Assembly: GCA_036785375.1 (NCBI GenBank)
Contig: JAWMAR010000084.1
Location: 7,130,001 to 7,194,000 of the forward strand
Source: Leucoraja ocellata
Lineage: Eukaryota
Direction: 5' to 3'
Length of the DNA: 64,000 nucleotides
Shown here: one piece after another, positions 11,286 through 23,812 of the stretch
How positions within the stretch are numbered: the first letter of the stretch is position 1
Layout of the letters: each line of letters opens with the position of its first letter
Made by a program: the position numbers and the translations under genes
Notes under the pieces: model-generated
What the model saw: only the letters and a program-made list of their open reading frames with translations
Told to the model about the DNA's origin: nothing
The model's database searches: none

Positions 11286-12139
11286 GGAAAAACATTTGTT
11301 CGGCATGGACTTGTAGGGCCGAGATGGCCTGTTTCCGTGCTGTAATTGTTATATGGTTATATGGTTATATGGTTATATAAACATCTCATCTGCCTGCGCA
11401 CGATCCATATTCCCACCATTCCCCGCATTTCCGCCTACCTATCAAAAAGCCTCTTAAATGCCACCATCGTATTTGCTTCCACCACCACCCCTGACAGCGC
11501 CTTCCAGGCCCTCATCCCCCTCTTTGTAAAAAAAAAAAATACCCAGCACATCTCCTGTCACCTTTGCCATCCTCACCTTAAAACTCCGATTTAGGATTGG
11601 CATAGGTTTGTGGAGCCAGTTCAAAATGGCAGTAGATTGGTGGTGAGTGCAGATATGTTTACAGCTTGCAGCAAGTTGTAATTTCACAAAACAGAATTCA
11701 GTCCTATCATTCAAATAGATAATTACTATTTTCTAAAGTGTTTTAAGATTGCTTTGATTTGTGATGTTACATTAAAACAGAAAACACTCTTCCTCTGTCT
11801 GTCCCTCCACAGGCTTCGTGCTAAGTGAAAATTGCCATTCAATCTGTCAGTTGCACAGCTTGGTGGCAGTTGCTTTGAAATCATGACAGCCAATTGACAA
11901 TGGACATGGTTTCCATATTGAGTAAAGCAAAGGAGAAAAACATTCTCAACTGCAAAACCAGGGAACCTTTTCATGGTTTGCTTAGTCCAAAATATTCTTG
12001 GATGGCATATCCCCTATTGGCATTCAGCTGGTCTACCATCTGGAGAGATTTGATATACAGACTTTGGTATAGTCTTTGGATAGTTGCCCACATGTTGCAG
12101 TTGTACAAGAGTTGAACATTTTAACTCCCCTTCCACATG

Positions 12140-12483
12140 AAGTGAGGCCGCATGCAAATTGGAGAAACAACATCTCATATGTCGCTTGGGCAGCTTACAA
12201 CCCAGTGGTATGACTTGATTTTTCTAATCTGTCAGTTCCATTTTTCACATCCATATACCCCTTCATTGTCACCTCTTCCACAGCCAACAATGGACCATAG
12301 TGGGCTCCACCTTTCCTTGGTCATCAGTGCCAGCTCTGATTTGTTCTGAACCTTTTCATAACTCCAGTTTCCCTCCTTGACTCTCAGTCTGAAGAAGGGC
12401 TTTGACCCAAAACATCAACTATTCCTTTTCTCAAGAGATGCTGCACGACCACTGAGTTGCTCCAGCATTTTGTGTCCATCTTC
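12140..12483 (+). mobile_element. Penelope-like element 3' end (GIY-YIG C-terminus plus pLTR with degenerate hammerhead core)
   Basis: Translates KLEKQHLICRLGSLQPSGM, followed by a pyrimidine tail and cagtctgaagaagggctttgacccaaaacatc. Confidence 0.75.
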
Positions 12484-12495
12484 ACAATTGTACAA

Positions 12496-13463
12496 CTGCC
12501 TTCTCTCCATACCCTCTGATCCCCTTGGCCACAAGGGCCACATCTAACTCCCTCTTAAATATAGCCAATGAACTGGCCTCAACTACCCTCTGTGGCAGAG
12601 AGTTCCAGAGATTCACCACTCTCTGTGTGAAAAAAGTTCTCCTCATCTCGGTTTTAAAGGATTTTCCCCTTATCCTTAAGCTGTGACCCCTTGCCCTGGA
12701 CTTCCCCAACATCGGGAACAATCTTCCTGCATCTAGCCTGTCCAACCCCTTAAGAATTTTGTAAGTTTCTATAAGATCCCCTCTCAATCTCCTAAATTCT
12801 AGAGAGTATAAACCAAGTCTATCCAGTCTTTCTTCATAAGACAGTCCTGACATCCCAGGAATCAGTCTGGTGAACCGTCTCTGCACTCCCTCTATGGCAA
12901 TAATGTCCTTCCTCAGATTTGGAGACCAAAACTGTACGCAATACTCCAGGTGTGGCCTCACCAAGACCCTGTACAACTGCAGTAGAACCTCCCTGCTCCT
13001 ATATTCAAATCCTTTTGCAATGAAAGCTAACATACCATTCGCTTTCTTTACTGCCTGCTGCACCTGCATGCCTACCTTCAATGACTGGTGTACCATGACA
13101 CCCAGGTCTCGCTGCATCTCCCCCTTTCCCAATCGGCCACCATTTAGATAATAGTCTGCTTTCCCGTTTTTGCCACCAAAATGGATAACCTCACATTTAT
13201 CCACATTATACTGCATCTGCCAAACATTTGCCCACTCACCCAGCCTATCCAAGTCACCTTGCAGTCTCCTAGCATCCTCCTCACAGCTAACACTGCCCCC
13301 CAGCTTAGTGTCATCCGCAAACTTGGAGATATTGCCTTCAATTCCCTCATCAAGATCATTAATATGTATTGTAAATAGCTGGGGTCCCAGCACTGAGCCT
13401 TGCGGTACCCCACTAGTCACTGCCTGCCATTGTGAAAAGGACCCGTTTACTCCTACTCTTTGC
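12496..13463 (-). mobile_element. CR1 RT fragment (second CR1 subfamily)
   Basis: ORF 12482-13477 contains GVPQGSVLGP, FADD and RPHLEYC. Confidence 0.95.
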
Positions 13464-13479
13464 AAGAATGTTTGCAAGA

Positions 13480-14255
13480 AACACGAATGTTTGACAAGAC
13501 ATGAGGGACTGAATTATAGGGAGTGGTTTGCCAGGCTAGGACTTTTATTTCTGGTAGAGTTGAAGGATATGGGGTGATCATATAAAAACATGAGAGGCAT
13601 AAATAGGGTGAATGCACACAGGATTTTTCCCTGTGTTGGGGAATCAAGAACTGGAGGACATAGGCTTAAGGAGAAAGGAAAAACATCTAATAGCAACCTG
13701 AGGGGCAACTTTTTTCAAATAAGGGCTTGCATGTATAAAGAATGAATTGCCAGAGGAAGTGGTTATGGGAATATCTGTCCTCAAAATATTTTAAATATAT
13801 TTGTACACGTATGTGAATAGGGAAGGAATAGACAATAGACAATAGGTGCAGGAGTAGGCCATTCGGCCCTTAGAGCCAGCACCGCAATTCAATGTGATCA
13901 TGACTGATATTCCCCAATCAGTACCCCGTTCCTGTCTTCTCCCGATAACCCCTGACTCCGCTATCTTTAAGAGCCCGATCTAGTTCTCTCTTGAAAGTAT
14001 CCAGAGAACTGACCTCCATCTGAGGCAGAGAATTCCACAGACTCACAACTCTCTGTGAGATAAAGTGTTTCCTTGTCTCCGTTCTAAATGCTTACCCTTA
14101 TTCTTAAACTGTGGCCCCTGGTTCTGGACTAACCTAATACAGGGTATATGGAACAGGGAATGGGTCAAACAATGGGACTCACCGAGATGGGCACTTGGTC
14201 CAATGGATGAGTTGGGCAGAAAGGTGTGATTTTGTGTTGTATAACTCTGTAACTA
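13480..14255 (+). mobile_element. Old CR1 3' end with a nested antisense CR1 tail (~13828-14135)
   Basis: Decayed GLNYRE..LGL, aggggcaactttttt and tail ataactctgtaactatga; the nested piece begins atagacaatagacaataggtgcagg. Confidence 0.75.
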
Positions 14256-14399
14256 TGAATGTAAGTGGAAAGTTTTCACTTATTCAGCACCTGAAAAAAA
14301 ATGACTTGTTTTATAATTAATCAATGCTTCTTGAATGTTAGAAAATAATAACCAAAGAATTTCGATTGATTACCGTGAAATTGACCCGAAGATGCTGGA

Positions 14400-16085
14400 G
14401 CCCCTGCTCGTTTCAGGGAAATGCCTCGGCCGGTCATCCATAGAGGCAAACGCGATCGGCCCAAACGAACGCCTCTATGTCCACGATCGTCATTCTGGTG
14501 ACCGTTTCCTGGTGGACTCCATTGCCATTGCCAGCATTCTGCCTCCGAGCGCTTGAGATACTCGTGTTGGTAAGATAGGACCCGTCCTCTCAGGTGTTAA
14601 TGGGAGCGACGTTCGAACCTACGGTACGCGGACCCTGGACTTAAATTTCGACACACCCGTATAGGTGGAAGTTCACCATTGCTGACGTCGCCCAGCTGAT
14701 CCTGGGGACCGATTTCTTGCGCGCGTTCTCCCTGTTAGTTGATGTACGAGGCAGACGCATGGTCCCTGTGTCGGACCTGTGCCCTGCCAAGCCGCGCAAT
14801 CCATCAACGCCCCTACAGCAACTCGACGAGGTAGCTGAGATCCAGCAACCTTTCGCAGCCCTGCTTGCTGATTTCCCAGGGTTGCTCACGCCCCGGTTCG
14901 GCGTGGTCCACCAAATTCCCACCGAGGGCCCAGTGGTTCACGCTCGCATGTGGCGCCTCCCGCCTGATAACCTGCGCATCGCACGAGACGAGTTCCAGCT
15001 TATGGAGGACATGGGAATTGTCCGGCGGTCGGATAGCCTTTGGGCTTCCCCGCTGCATATGGTACCCAAAGCGTCCGGGGGTTGGAGACCTTGCGGTGAT
15101 TACAGGCATTTAAACACGGTAACCACAGCAGATGAAGTCCCAGACCCAGTCCCGAACATCCAGGATTTCTCTGCTCATCTGGAGGGCACAACCTTTTTCT
15201 CGAAGGTCGACCTTATTCGCGGGTATAATCAAATTCTGATCCATCCTGACTACGTCCCTAAGACAGCCATCATCACCCCTTTTGGACTTTTCGAATGGCT
15301 AAGAATGCCTTTTGGCCTGAAGAACGCTGCTCCGGCATTCCAAAGGCTAATGGATCAAGTCGGTCGGGGATTTGCCGTCCATATTCATCTAGCTCGATAA
15401 TATTCTGGTGGCCAGCAGCTCACAGGCAGAGCTCATCAGGCACCTCCGCTTGCTTTTCGAACGGCTGCGTGAACACGGGTTGGTGATCAACCTTGTGAAG
15501 TGTCACACAGGAATTCCATTTCCTTTTTGGGTCACAGCATCACCTGCCACGGCGCACAGCCGCTGCCCGAGAAGGTCAACGCTATTCGTCGCTTCCCGAA
15601 GCCTTTATCCATCAAAGGCCTACAGGACTTTATCAAAATGGTTAATTTCTACCACCGATTCGTCCCGTCAGCAGCCGCCATCATGCGGCCGTTGTTCCAA
15701 TGTCTGGCCGGTAAGCATAAGGACCTGACCTGGTCCAAGGAGGCGGAGACGACATTTGAGGGGCTAATACAGCATTTGCCAAGGCCACTATGCTGGAACA
15801 CCCGAGGGCGTCAGCCCAAACGACCCTCACCGTATACTCTTCCGGCGTCGCGGTAGATGCTGTCCTCGAACAACGAGTAGGTAGCCGCTGGGTGCCACTG
15901 GCATTTTTCAGCAGGCAGCTGCGAGCCCCCGAAGTTAAGTACAGCGCTTTCGATCGGGAACTCCTTGCGCTCTACCTAGCGATCCGCCATTTCCGTTACT
16001 TCCTAGAGGGGCGCGCGTTCACCGCATTCTCGGACCACAAGCCACTCACGTTCGCTTTGACCAAGGTGTACAATCCCTGGTCAAG
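14400..16085 (+). mobile_element. Gypsy/Ty3 pol fragment (protease-RT-RNase H), frameshifted, no LTRs seen
   Basis: FLVDS (protease), WASPLHMVPK, WRPCGDYR, FSKVDL, MPFGLKNA, LAFFSRQL..YSAFDRELLA, SDHKPL. Confidence 0.92.
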
Positions 16086-17162
16086 CAGCATGTCTGGAGA
16101 ACATGTATCCATGCACAGTTTGCCAGCTGTGGCCGAAACAATATTTCATATTATTTTACCATAAAGTGGACATTTAGTCACTTCTGAATGTGAGGTTAAT
16201 TGTCCTTCAAGGTTCATGAAGCATTGTACTGAACTAAACAGGTCAAAATCCAATGATAAGTTATGAATTAGAATTAGAGATCAAAATATTTAAAGACAAA
16301 CTTTTCCCTTCAATTGGCATGGTGAAAATTTAAGAATTTGTGCTAACTTGATATTATATACACGTGTATCATGCATACAAATGCCCATTGAACTGTTCAA
16401 TGTTAATTTGACTACTTGCATTAATTATTATTGAGCTGTCCTTAATTGTTTGAATAGGATGAATGAGCATCACCCATCGTATGTAAGAATAGTGGCATGG
16501 AATAATTATTGTGTTCTCATGGATGCAGATTGCGACCATGATAGAAGCTAATAAAAAAAAGGCACCTAAATTCCCAATCAAGTTACTTACTGCTTTCCAT
16601 TATTCCTACACATTTAATCACTATGAATTGTTATGTAATTGCTTTGGTATATATCTGACCACTTTCCTCCTTGCCTGACCAGTTTCTTTAAAGTTTGGAT
16701 TTATGGCAAATAATGTCACCAGAGGAGCAGTTATTAATTAATACAGCCTATTCCACTGTTCTGAACTAAATAATTAAACAATTATTTTGAGGAGTATTTT
16801 ATGCTGAAACCAGACTTATTGCAAGACAACTCAGATGGATTAATTAGCTGATCAGTGAAGGCTCTGACAGTGAAAAAGCATCTACTGAGGAAAAACTGAC
16901 AGTAATTATTCATTTTAATGTCATCATGATGAAATAATGACATGGCTATTGTTTAACCTGTTTAAATTTGCATCGACTACGCCCATGTACTTTTCAATTT
17001 TTTTTAAAATTCTTTATTATGAAGACTTTAAAAATTAAAACATTTCATTGATGGGAAATTTTTTTTAAGTAAATGAGGGGAAGAGGAAATTTTTGCAAAA
17101 AAGACTGCATATTAACTACCTGAATTCTATTCTAAAAAACTGTCACAGACATACCTTAATAA

Positions 17163-17449
17163 TAGTGGTGTAGCGATAGAGTTACTGCCTTATAGCGCCA
17201 GATACCCTGGGTTGATCGAGACTGTGGGTGCTGTCTGTATGGAGTTTGTATGTTCTCACTGTGACCTTGTGGGTTTTCTCTGGGTGCTTTGGTTTCCTCC
17301 AACAGAGAGACATGCAGGTTTGTGGATTAATTGGTTTCTGTAAATTTCAAATTGTCCCTAGTGTGTTGAGGTGATAGCTGGTCGGCATGGACTCGATGGG
17401 CCAATGGGCCTGTTTCCACACTGTATCTCTAAAGTCTGAAGTCTAAACT
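17163..17449 (+). mobile_element. tRNA-derived V-SINE (HE1-like)
   Basis: A-box-like tggtgtagcg, B-box-like ggttgatcg, V-domain and CR1-like tail. Confidence 0.85.
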
Positions 17450-19102
17450 TCCCTATGCGGAAGGATCAACACTCTTTTAGAAAGGACAATGCACTTATAT
17501 GATGCGATATGAACAGAAAAATGCTGGGAATACTTAGCAGGTCAGGCAGCATCTGTGGAGAGTGAAATATAATGAATGTTGGAGGTTCATGGCTTTGAAC
17601 ACAGTTTTAGCAAAGCCCTAAGTAAGTTCAAGGAACCGCACACAATCATCCAACTTGGTAGTTCTGATGTGATGCCCGTAACCTCTAATCGGGCTCATGT
17701 TGTCAGTGAGTGCTGTCAACTGGCCTCAGTCAGGCGAATGACAACAAACAGAAACAGCAGCAGCGCCCGCAGCATGGCACCAACCCGGAGCATGTGCCCT
17801 TTTAAGGATGGGCACCTACGGATGTCGAACCAGATGGCAGCACCCTGCTGCAGACTTCTGCTGCCTCAAATGCATGAAGAAGAAGAAGAACCTCTAATGT
17901 TTTCAAAGTGATGGATGGAGTAAACATGCTTTAGTTTATAAATCACATTATGTAGATATCGATGACCAGCAGGTACTATTTGTCCCTAATTGTTCCTGAA
18001 CGTAGAGGCTTATTAAGTCATTTCAGAGGACTGTTAAGAATCAAGCAATGGATGAATGTGAGTTGTGAGTGAAATGTTTACATCATTGGGTCACGTCATG
18101 GCCACCAGTATGTATGTATGAATACCATTTTTATATTTGCTGACTTGACTTTAATTGTGCAGCTGCCATTTTGGGATTTTAATTTATATCTCTAAATCAA
18201 CAATCTCAGACTATGGCTGGTATGTCCTGTAATTTAGCTAATTGTTTCTGTCCCAGCAAAAATTGTAGATTACCAAGTAAATCTGGAATTTTATTTTATT
18301 GTACTTGCTATTCACACTAACAAAGAGTAAATCAAGAGTTAGAGAGAAGAGAATGTAAACACCTTGGTCAATTACCACAATAATACACCCACATTTCAAT
18401 AGACATGTGCTTGCCCCTTTCTGGTTGGCAGCAGTATTTGATTATTAAAAGAGGAGCAGATGCTTCATAGATGCAGCTAAACTGCCATTAACATATACAA
18501 GCTAGGCTTAGCAGATCATTCTGCAATCTTTTGCTTTTTTAGTGGCTGCCCTAAATTGACAGAACATAAATGCAGCAACACACCAGCAATGGAAAATCTG
18601 CAAATGACAACTGCATAAAAGGAAATGGATGCCATTCCTCAGCTTGTCATATAATTGGGGTGCAATGTATAATATAAGCACATGGGTTGTGGTACATGGT
18701 TAACCCGTGTCTGTTAATTAAATTGCAGGTAGAATGGCAGCTTAAATCTTTGTGCAAATGAATAAAAATTAAGCATGCACTGGGATATAATGTCAATATA
18801 TGTATCACAGGGCTACCTTTCATTCATTTTCATTGCACCTTTAGGTCTTCAGTACATTACTAATCCACCACTGTTCTTTATCAAGTCTTTGACACGATTT
18901 GGCATAACATTGATCAGATTATGACAGTTTCCCAGGATTTTTTAATCTCAGTACAACTGAATTATGGGCTCGACGAGCTTCTGTCCCGTGGTACAGTCCT
19001 TTACTTTCAGTCTCCAAGATAATTGACTACATACTCTAAATCAGTTTCAGACCAGGTGATTTACCAGGCCAGTCCAAGGCGCGTATCATCTTCTGCTGGA
19101 AA

Positions 19103-19283
19103 AACTTACATTTATACCAAACCAGTTAACCTACAAACCTGTTTGTCTTTGAAGTATGGGAGGAAACCGAAGATCTCAGAAAAAAACCATGAGGTCACAG
19201 GGAGAACGTACATACTCTGTACGTAATCAGGATCGAACCTGGGTCTCAGGCGCTGTAAGGCAGCAACTCTTCCGCTGCGCCAT
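19103..19283 (-). mobile_element. Partial V-SINE
   Basis: ttaacctacaaacc..caggatcgaacctgggtc..cgctgcgcca, antisense to the SINE head. Confidence 0.8.
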
Positions 19284-20226
19284 TGTAAACCAGTATTTGC
19301 AACCCCTCATGTTTACATTTCCCTTGTGGACATCTGACAGACTTCCATCCCAGTTTCAGTTCAGAATACTTTACTTGTTAGCACATCTCATGCTGCTTTA
19401 CAAAATCTCACAACTGCTCATTGGACCAGAATATGAGGTAGTAATAATGAAGAAAATCTCAGAATCCTATACAATTATTATGTGAATGAGGCAACAACTT
19501 CTGTTGTCCACACATGCAATTGAATTCAGCAATTCTTCATGCAGCTGGGGTTTAGATTGCATTCCTCGCATCTGAATTTCTTCTGTCACGTTGGACCTGT
19601 CTCAGCCTTTATCTAACATTTATCCAAGGAAAATTTATTATTGGCTATTTATTTTCGTCTTTTTAAAATCTTGATATTACAACATACCTTGTCTGGCCCA
19701 TATAATCTGCCTTGGTATGGAAAACACAATAGTTAAGGCAGTAAGAAGTGTGAGCTAGAAAAGAAGTGTGGACCCTAGAGTCTGCGTTTTAATAAATCAT
19801 GATTAATACTGATCTTTGGCCTCCCCCACTCTCCTGCTCACTTCATGTAACTTTTGATTTCCCTGTGGTCCAAAAATCAATCTATCTCAGCCTTAAATAT
19901 ATCAAAAATCTCAGCATTCACAACTCTCTGGGGTAGCTAATTCAAAAGATTCACAGTCCTATGAATGGAGAAATTCCCCCTCATCCCAAATGGTTGATCC
20001 CTTATCCCTTGGCGATGAATGTTTCAATAAGATAATTTCTCATTCATCCTAATCCTGCAGGGAGTCAAGATCAATATGCCTCTTAATACTGGATCCTCCC
20101 ACCCAGGAAAATTATCCTTGCAATATCATCTTGTCAAGATCCTCAGTAGGTTATATTGTACATCTCAATGAGACGACCTTTCATTGTTACAGGTGTCAAG
20201 GATAAACGACCCATTCTGCTCAACCT

Positions 20227-20392
20227 TTAGAAACATAGAAACATAAAAAAACAGGTGCAGCAGTAGGCCATTCGACCCTTCGAGCCAGCACCACTATTTA
20301 AAATGATCATGGCCAATCATCTAAAATCAGTACCCCATTCCTGTTTTTTCCCCATATCCCTGGATTATTTTCGCCCCGAGCTAATTCTAATT
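20227..20392 (-). mobile_element. CR1 3' tail
   Basis: tagaaacatagaaaca..ggtgcagcagtaggccattcg. Confidence 0.8.
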
Positions 20393-21703
20393 TCCTTATA
20401 GATTAACCCCATCACACTGGGTGGAGGCAAAAACAACCAGGGAACGGTTACTCTTAGGGGTGGACAGGGACAAGGCAACTTTGCATAAACAGCTACGTAG
20501 AACTGGAGAATTACACTATAAAATGAAGAGTTGACTAGGCGTGAGGTATTACAGGACTTGACCACATTCTTTAGCTTTATAGGAAATCCAGCAGAGCTTC
20601 ATTATCAGTGCTAAGACAGCCACGTTGAGATTGTGAGGTTACTAAGGCCATTATTCAGGCCATTGGACAACAGTTAAGGTACTTTATGACAACCGTCAGC
20701 ATCCCATAAGATAGTTAAACCATCTCCCTATATTTTATTGGATACCTGATTTAACCTACATATAATTCATGGAATCTATTGTTAGTCTCATTGATCTGTG
20801 GTCAAATGAAGTGGGCTGATGTACATTAACAAATGTTTCCCTTTGTTTTGTTACTCCTCGCCAGCATATTAATAAACCTTTGCAAATGACCTGAGTGTCT
20901 TACGATTCATTAATCGTTTGATTTCCCCAAACATTACAAAGTTATTGATGTAGTTTTTATTCTTAATCATGCACAAGTCTATCAGAGGCTGCAGGTAAAA
21001 TATTGATGTCTCATTGGAGACCCTTTAATTCGTTGCTCATTGTTACCTTTTTGCAGGTTTTGATCATTGTTTTAATGCTCGTGAAAAAAATCAGGTCTTA
21101 GGTCACAAGTTTGAAATGCAGTAATCACCGAAAGAACTGCCGCATAATGATGAGGTAATTAGATATGCACCTATTGCCTGGAAACATCGAATACACTAGA
21201 GTAGGCCACAAATTGAAGTGCCCAATCCTAGTTGATGAATGGATGATACAGAGAATATAGACATCAGCATAATGTTACCTGCATGAAAATTATTTGCATG
21301 CATTAATTGTGCATAAAACAATGATTGTGAATACCTCATATTGTAGATGGGGCATCTTTGTTGGCATGTGCAAGTTGGGTCGAAGGGCCTGTTTCCATGA
21401 TGTATAACTATGATTCTGTGACCATCAATAACCCCTGTGGTGCCCATCAAGTTGCACCCTGTCTCCTGGAATATGTCCCCTTTAATCCCTAGTTTTTTTA
21501 TTTCTGTAAAGAAATGTTTTCCACGTTGTACCGAGCACCGTGAATCTTTATCTTGTGCAGTAATGTGGCATTTTAAAGAATACCTTTTCGGAATATAAAA
21601 ACAGAATTTCTTCTAGTTTCTTTTTACTTACCCTGCTAGTTACATCTACAAATAAATTTTTGATAAAAATAGCTTAATTTTACATTAGTACACATACTTG
21701 TAA

Positions 21704-22001
21704 GGGCGGCATGGTGGTGTAGCGTTCGAGTTGCTGCCTTTAAGTGCTTGCAGCGCCAGAGACCGGGGTTTGATCCTGACTACGGGTGCTGTCTGTATGG
21801 AGTTTGTACGTTCTCCCTGGGACTGTGTGGGTTTTCTCCAAGATTTTTGGTTTCCTCCCAAACTCCAATGACATACAGGTTTGGAGGTTAATTGGATTGG
21901 TGTAATTGTAAATTGTCCCTAGAGTGTGTAGGATAGTGTCAATATGCGGGGATCGCTGGTCAGCTCGGACTCAGCGCTGTATCTCTAAACTGAAACTAAA
22001 C
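21704..22001 (+). mobile_element. tRNA-derived V-SINE (HE1-like), near full length
   Basis: ggcggcatggtggtgtagcg (A box), ggtttgatcc (B box), V-domain and aaact tail. Confidence 0.88.
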
Positions 22002-22125
22002 TTGTCCGGCACCATGGAGACAACACCCACCATGGAGACAACACACAACTGCATTGCTGCCACATAATCTCTCGTCTATTCCCCTAATGAGTCCTAGCAT
22101 TGCGGTTTTGCCTGACATTACCCTT

Positions 22126-22222
22126 AGATAGACACAAAACACTGGAGTAACTCAGCAGGACAGGCAGCATCTCTGGAGAGAAGGAACGGGTGACGTGTTA
22201 GGTCAAGGCCCTTCTTCAGACC
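22126..22222 (-). mobile_element. PLE-derived mini-element inserted in a decayed antisense CR1 5'/ORF1-like region (~22010-22630)
   Basis: gacacaaaacactggagtaactcagc..cccttcttcagac, the same unit as 630-728; short cctt flanks. Confidence 0.65.
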
Positions 22223-23213
22223 TTCCCGGCTGTGCCTCAGAGCCTCACGCAGTGCCTCAAACCTGACTGTGGCTGCTGTTCACCCCTGATGGCTCATTCC
22301 CCTCAACAGTATCTAAAAGGGTATACCTGTTTGGAAGGAGAACGGCCAGAGGGGTCACGTAAACTCTCTGCCTAGTCCTTTTACTCGTGGTCACCCATCC
22401 ACTCTCTTCCTGTACTTTGGACATAACCATCTTGTTCTCACTCCTAGCTATGAAGTCTTATGATGAGCTTGAGGATTGTCCAGCTGCTGCTCCAGTAGCC
22501 TAATGCAGTCATAAAGATGGCTGCACCTGGACACCATTCCCACTGGTGTAGCCATCAGGAACACCAGCAGTTTCCCTGACCTCCCACAGCCAGCAGGAGG
22601 AACATTGCACCATTCTACCTGCCATCATTACTGTACTAAAACCAAGTGCAAAAATAAACACAAATCACACACAAGAAACAACAAACTGTACCTTTACCTC
22701 ATGTGACCCTCTGTTTAGCCTCCTTGCTGAAAAGATTTTTGAGCCAAAGTCTCACACACAACACTCTCTCTCCACATTGTCTCTCCCAACATGGCTGCTC
22801 CCTATAGGATGCTCCACTATAATAGACTTATTTGTTATAATAGCTGCTGAATGAACTTATTTATTGGCCCCTCACTTATTCAATTCAACGGCTGCCCTTT
22901 GAAATCTTCTGCTGCTTCTCTGACACGAAAATAGACTGAAAAATGTTAGCTGTTTGAAAGATCTATAAAATTAGTATCGTCGCATGGCACTTTTATTATA
23001 GTCCAATGTTTTCTGCCCTTCAAGTTTTTATCCAATTCCCATTTGAAGTATTCCAATCTTCTTCTGCTACTTAATTTTCTGGGAGTGCATTCCATATCAT
23101 AATAAAGAATATTGTAAAGGAAAATTGTCCTCATCTCATGTTTTTGCCAATTACGTTAGTTCTGAAGCCTCTGTTTACTCTCCATAATTAGAATGTAAAT
23201 AAAAAATGGAGGT

Positions 23214-23812
23214 GGGTGGCACAAGCGGTAGAGCTGCTGCCTCAGAGAACCAGAGGCCCGGGTTCGATCCTGACCTCAGGTGATGGCTGTGTGGAGTTTG
23301 CATATACTCCCTGTGACTGCGTACGTTTTCTCCAGGGGCTCCAGTTTCCTTCCACATCCCAAAGATGTCCGGGCTTGTAGGTTAATTGGACCCTGGTGTG
23401 TAGGTTATAACTAATTTAGTTTTAGTTTACTTTAGAGATACAGCGTGGAAACAGGCCCTTCGGCCCACCGAGTCCGCACAAACCAACGATCCTCGCGCAT
23501 TAACACTACCCTACACAAACTAGGAACACTTTTACATTTACTTCATGCCAATTAACCTACAAATTTGTATGTTTTTGGAGTGTAGAAGGAAGCCGAACAT
23601 TTCGTAGAAAAACACGCAGGTCACAGGGAGAACGTACTAACTCCGTACAGCCAAGCACCCCTAGTCTGGATTGAACCCAGGTCTCTAGCACCATAAGGCA
23701 GTAGCTCTACCGCTACGCCACCGTGCCGCCTACCTTGTACAAGTGATCGTAGGTTGGTTCGGACTCAGTGGGCCGAAGGGCTTTTTTCCATGCTGCAACT
23801 GTTAAACTAAAA
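23214..23812 (+). mobile_element. V-SINE with a second V-SINE nested in opposite orientation (23414-23730, minus)
   Basis: Perfect B box ggttcgatcc at 23261-23270; the outer SINE tail resumes at ~23731 after a full antisense copy. Confidence 0.85.

Larger units (their letters stand above)
7897..11377 (+). mobile_element. Near-intact, 5'-truncated CR1 LINE
   Basis: ORF1 esterase, ORF2 endonuclease plus RT, 3' UTR and (tatatggt)n tail. Confidence 0.95.
7825..11582 (-). mobile_element. Older CR1 3' tail split by the near-intact CR1 (pieces ~7825-7895 and ~11380-11582)
   Basis: atagaacagtacagc..ggcctacaatgtctgtg resumes after the insertion as catctgcctgc..gcctcttaaatgccacc, an antisense CR1 3' end. 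Confidence 0.6.

Noticed and set aside
21704-21790. tRNA gene
   Set aside because: The A and B boxes belong to a SINE head that continues into a V-domain and LINE-derived tail; no complete cloverleaf is evident.
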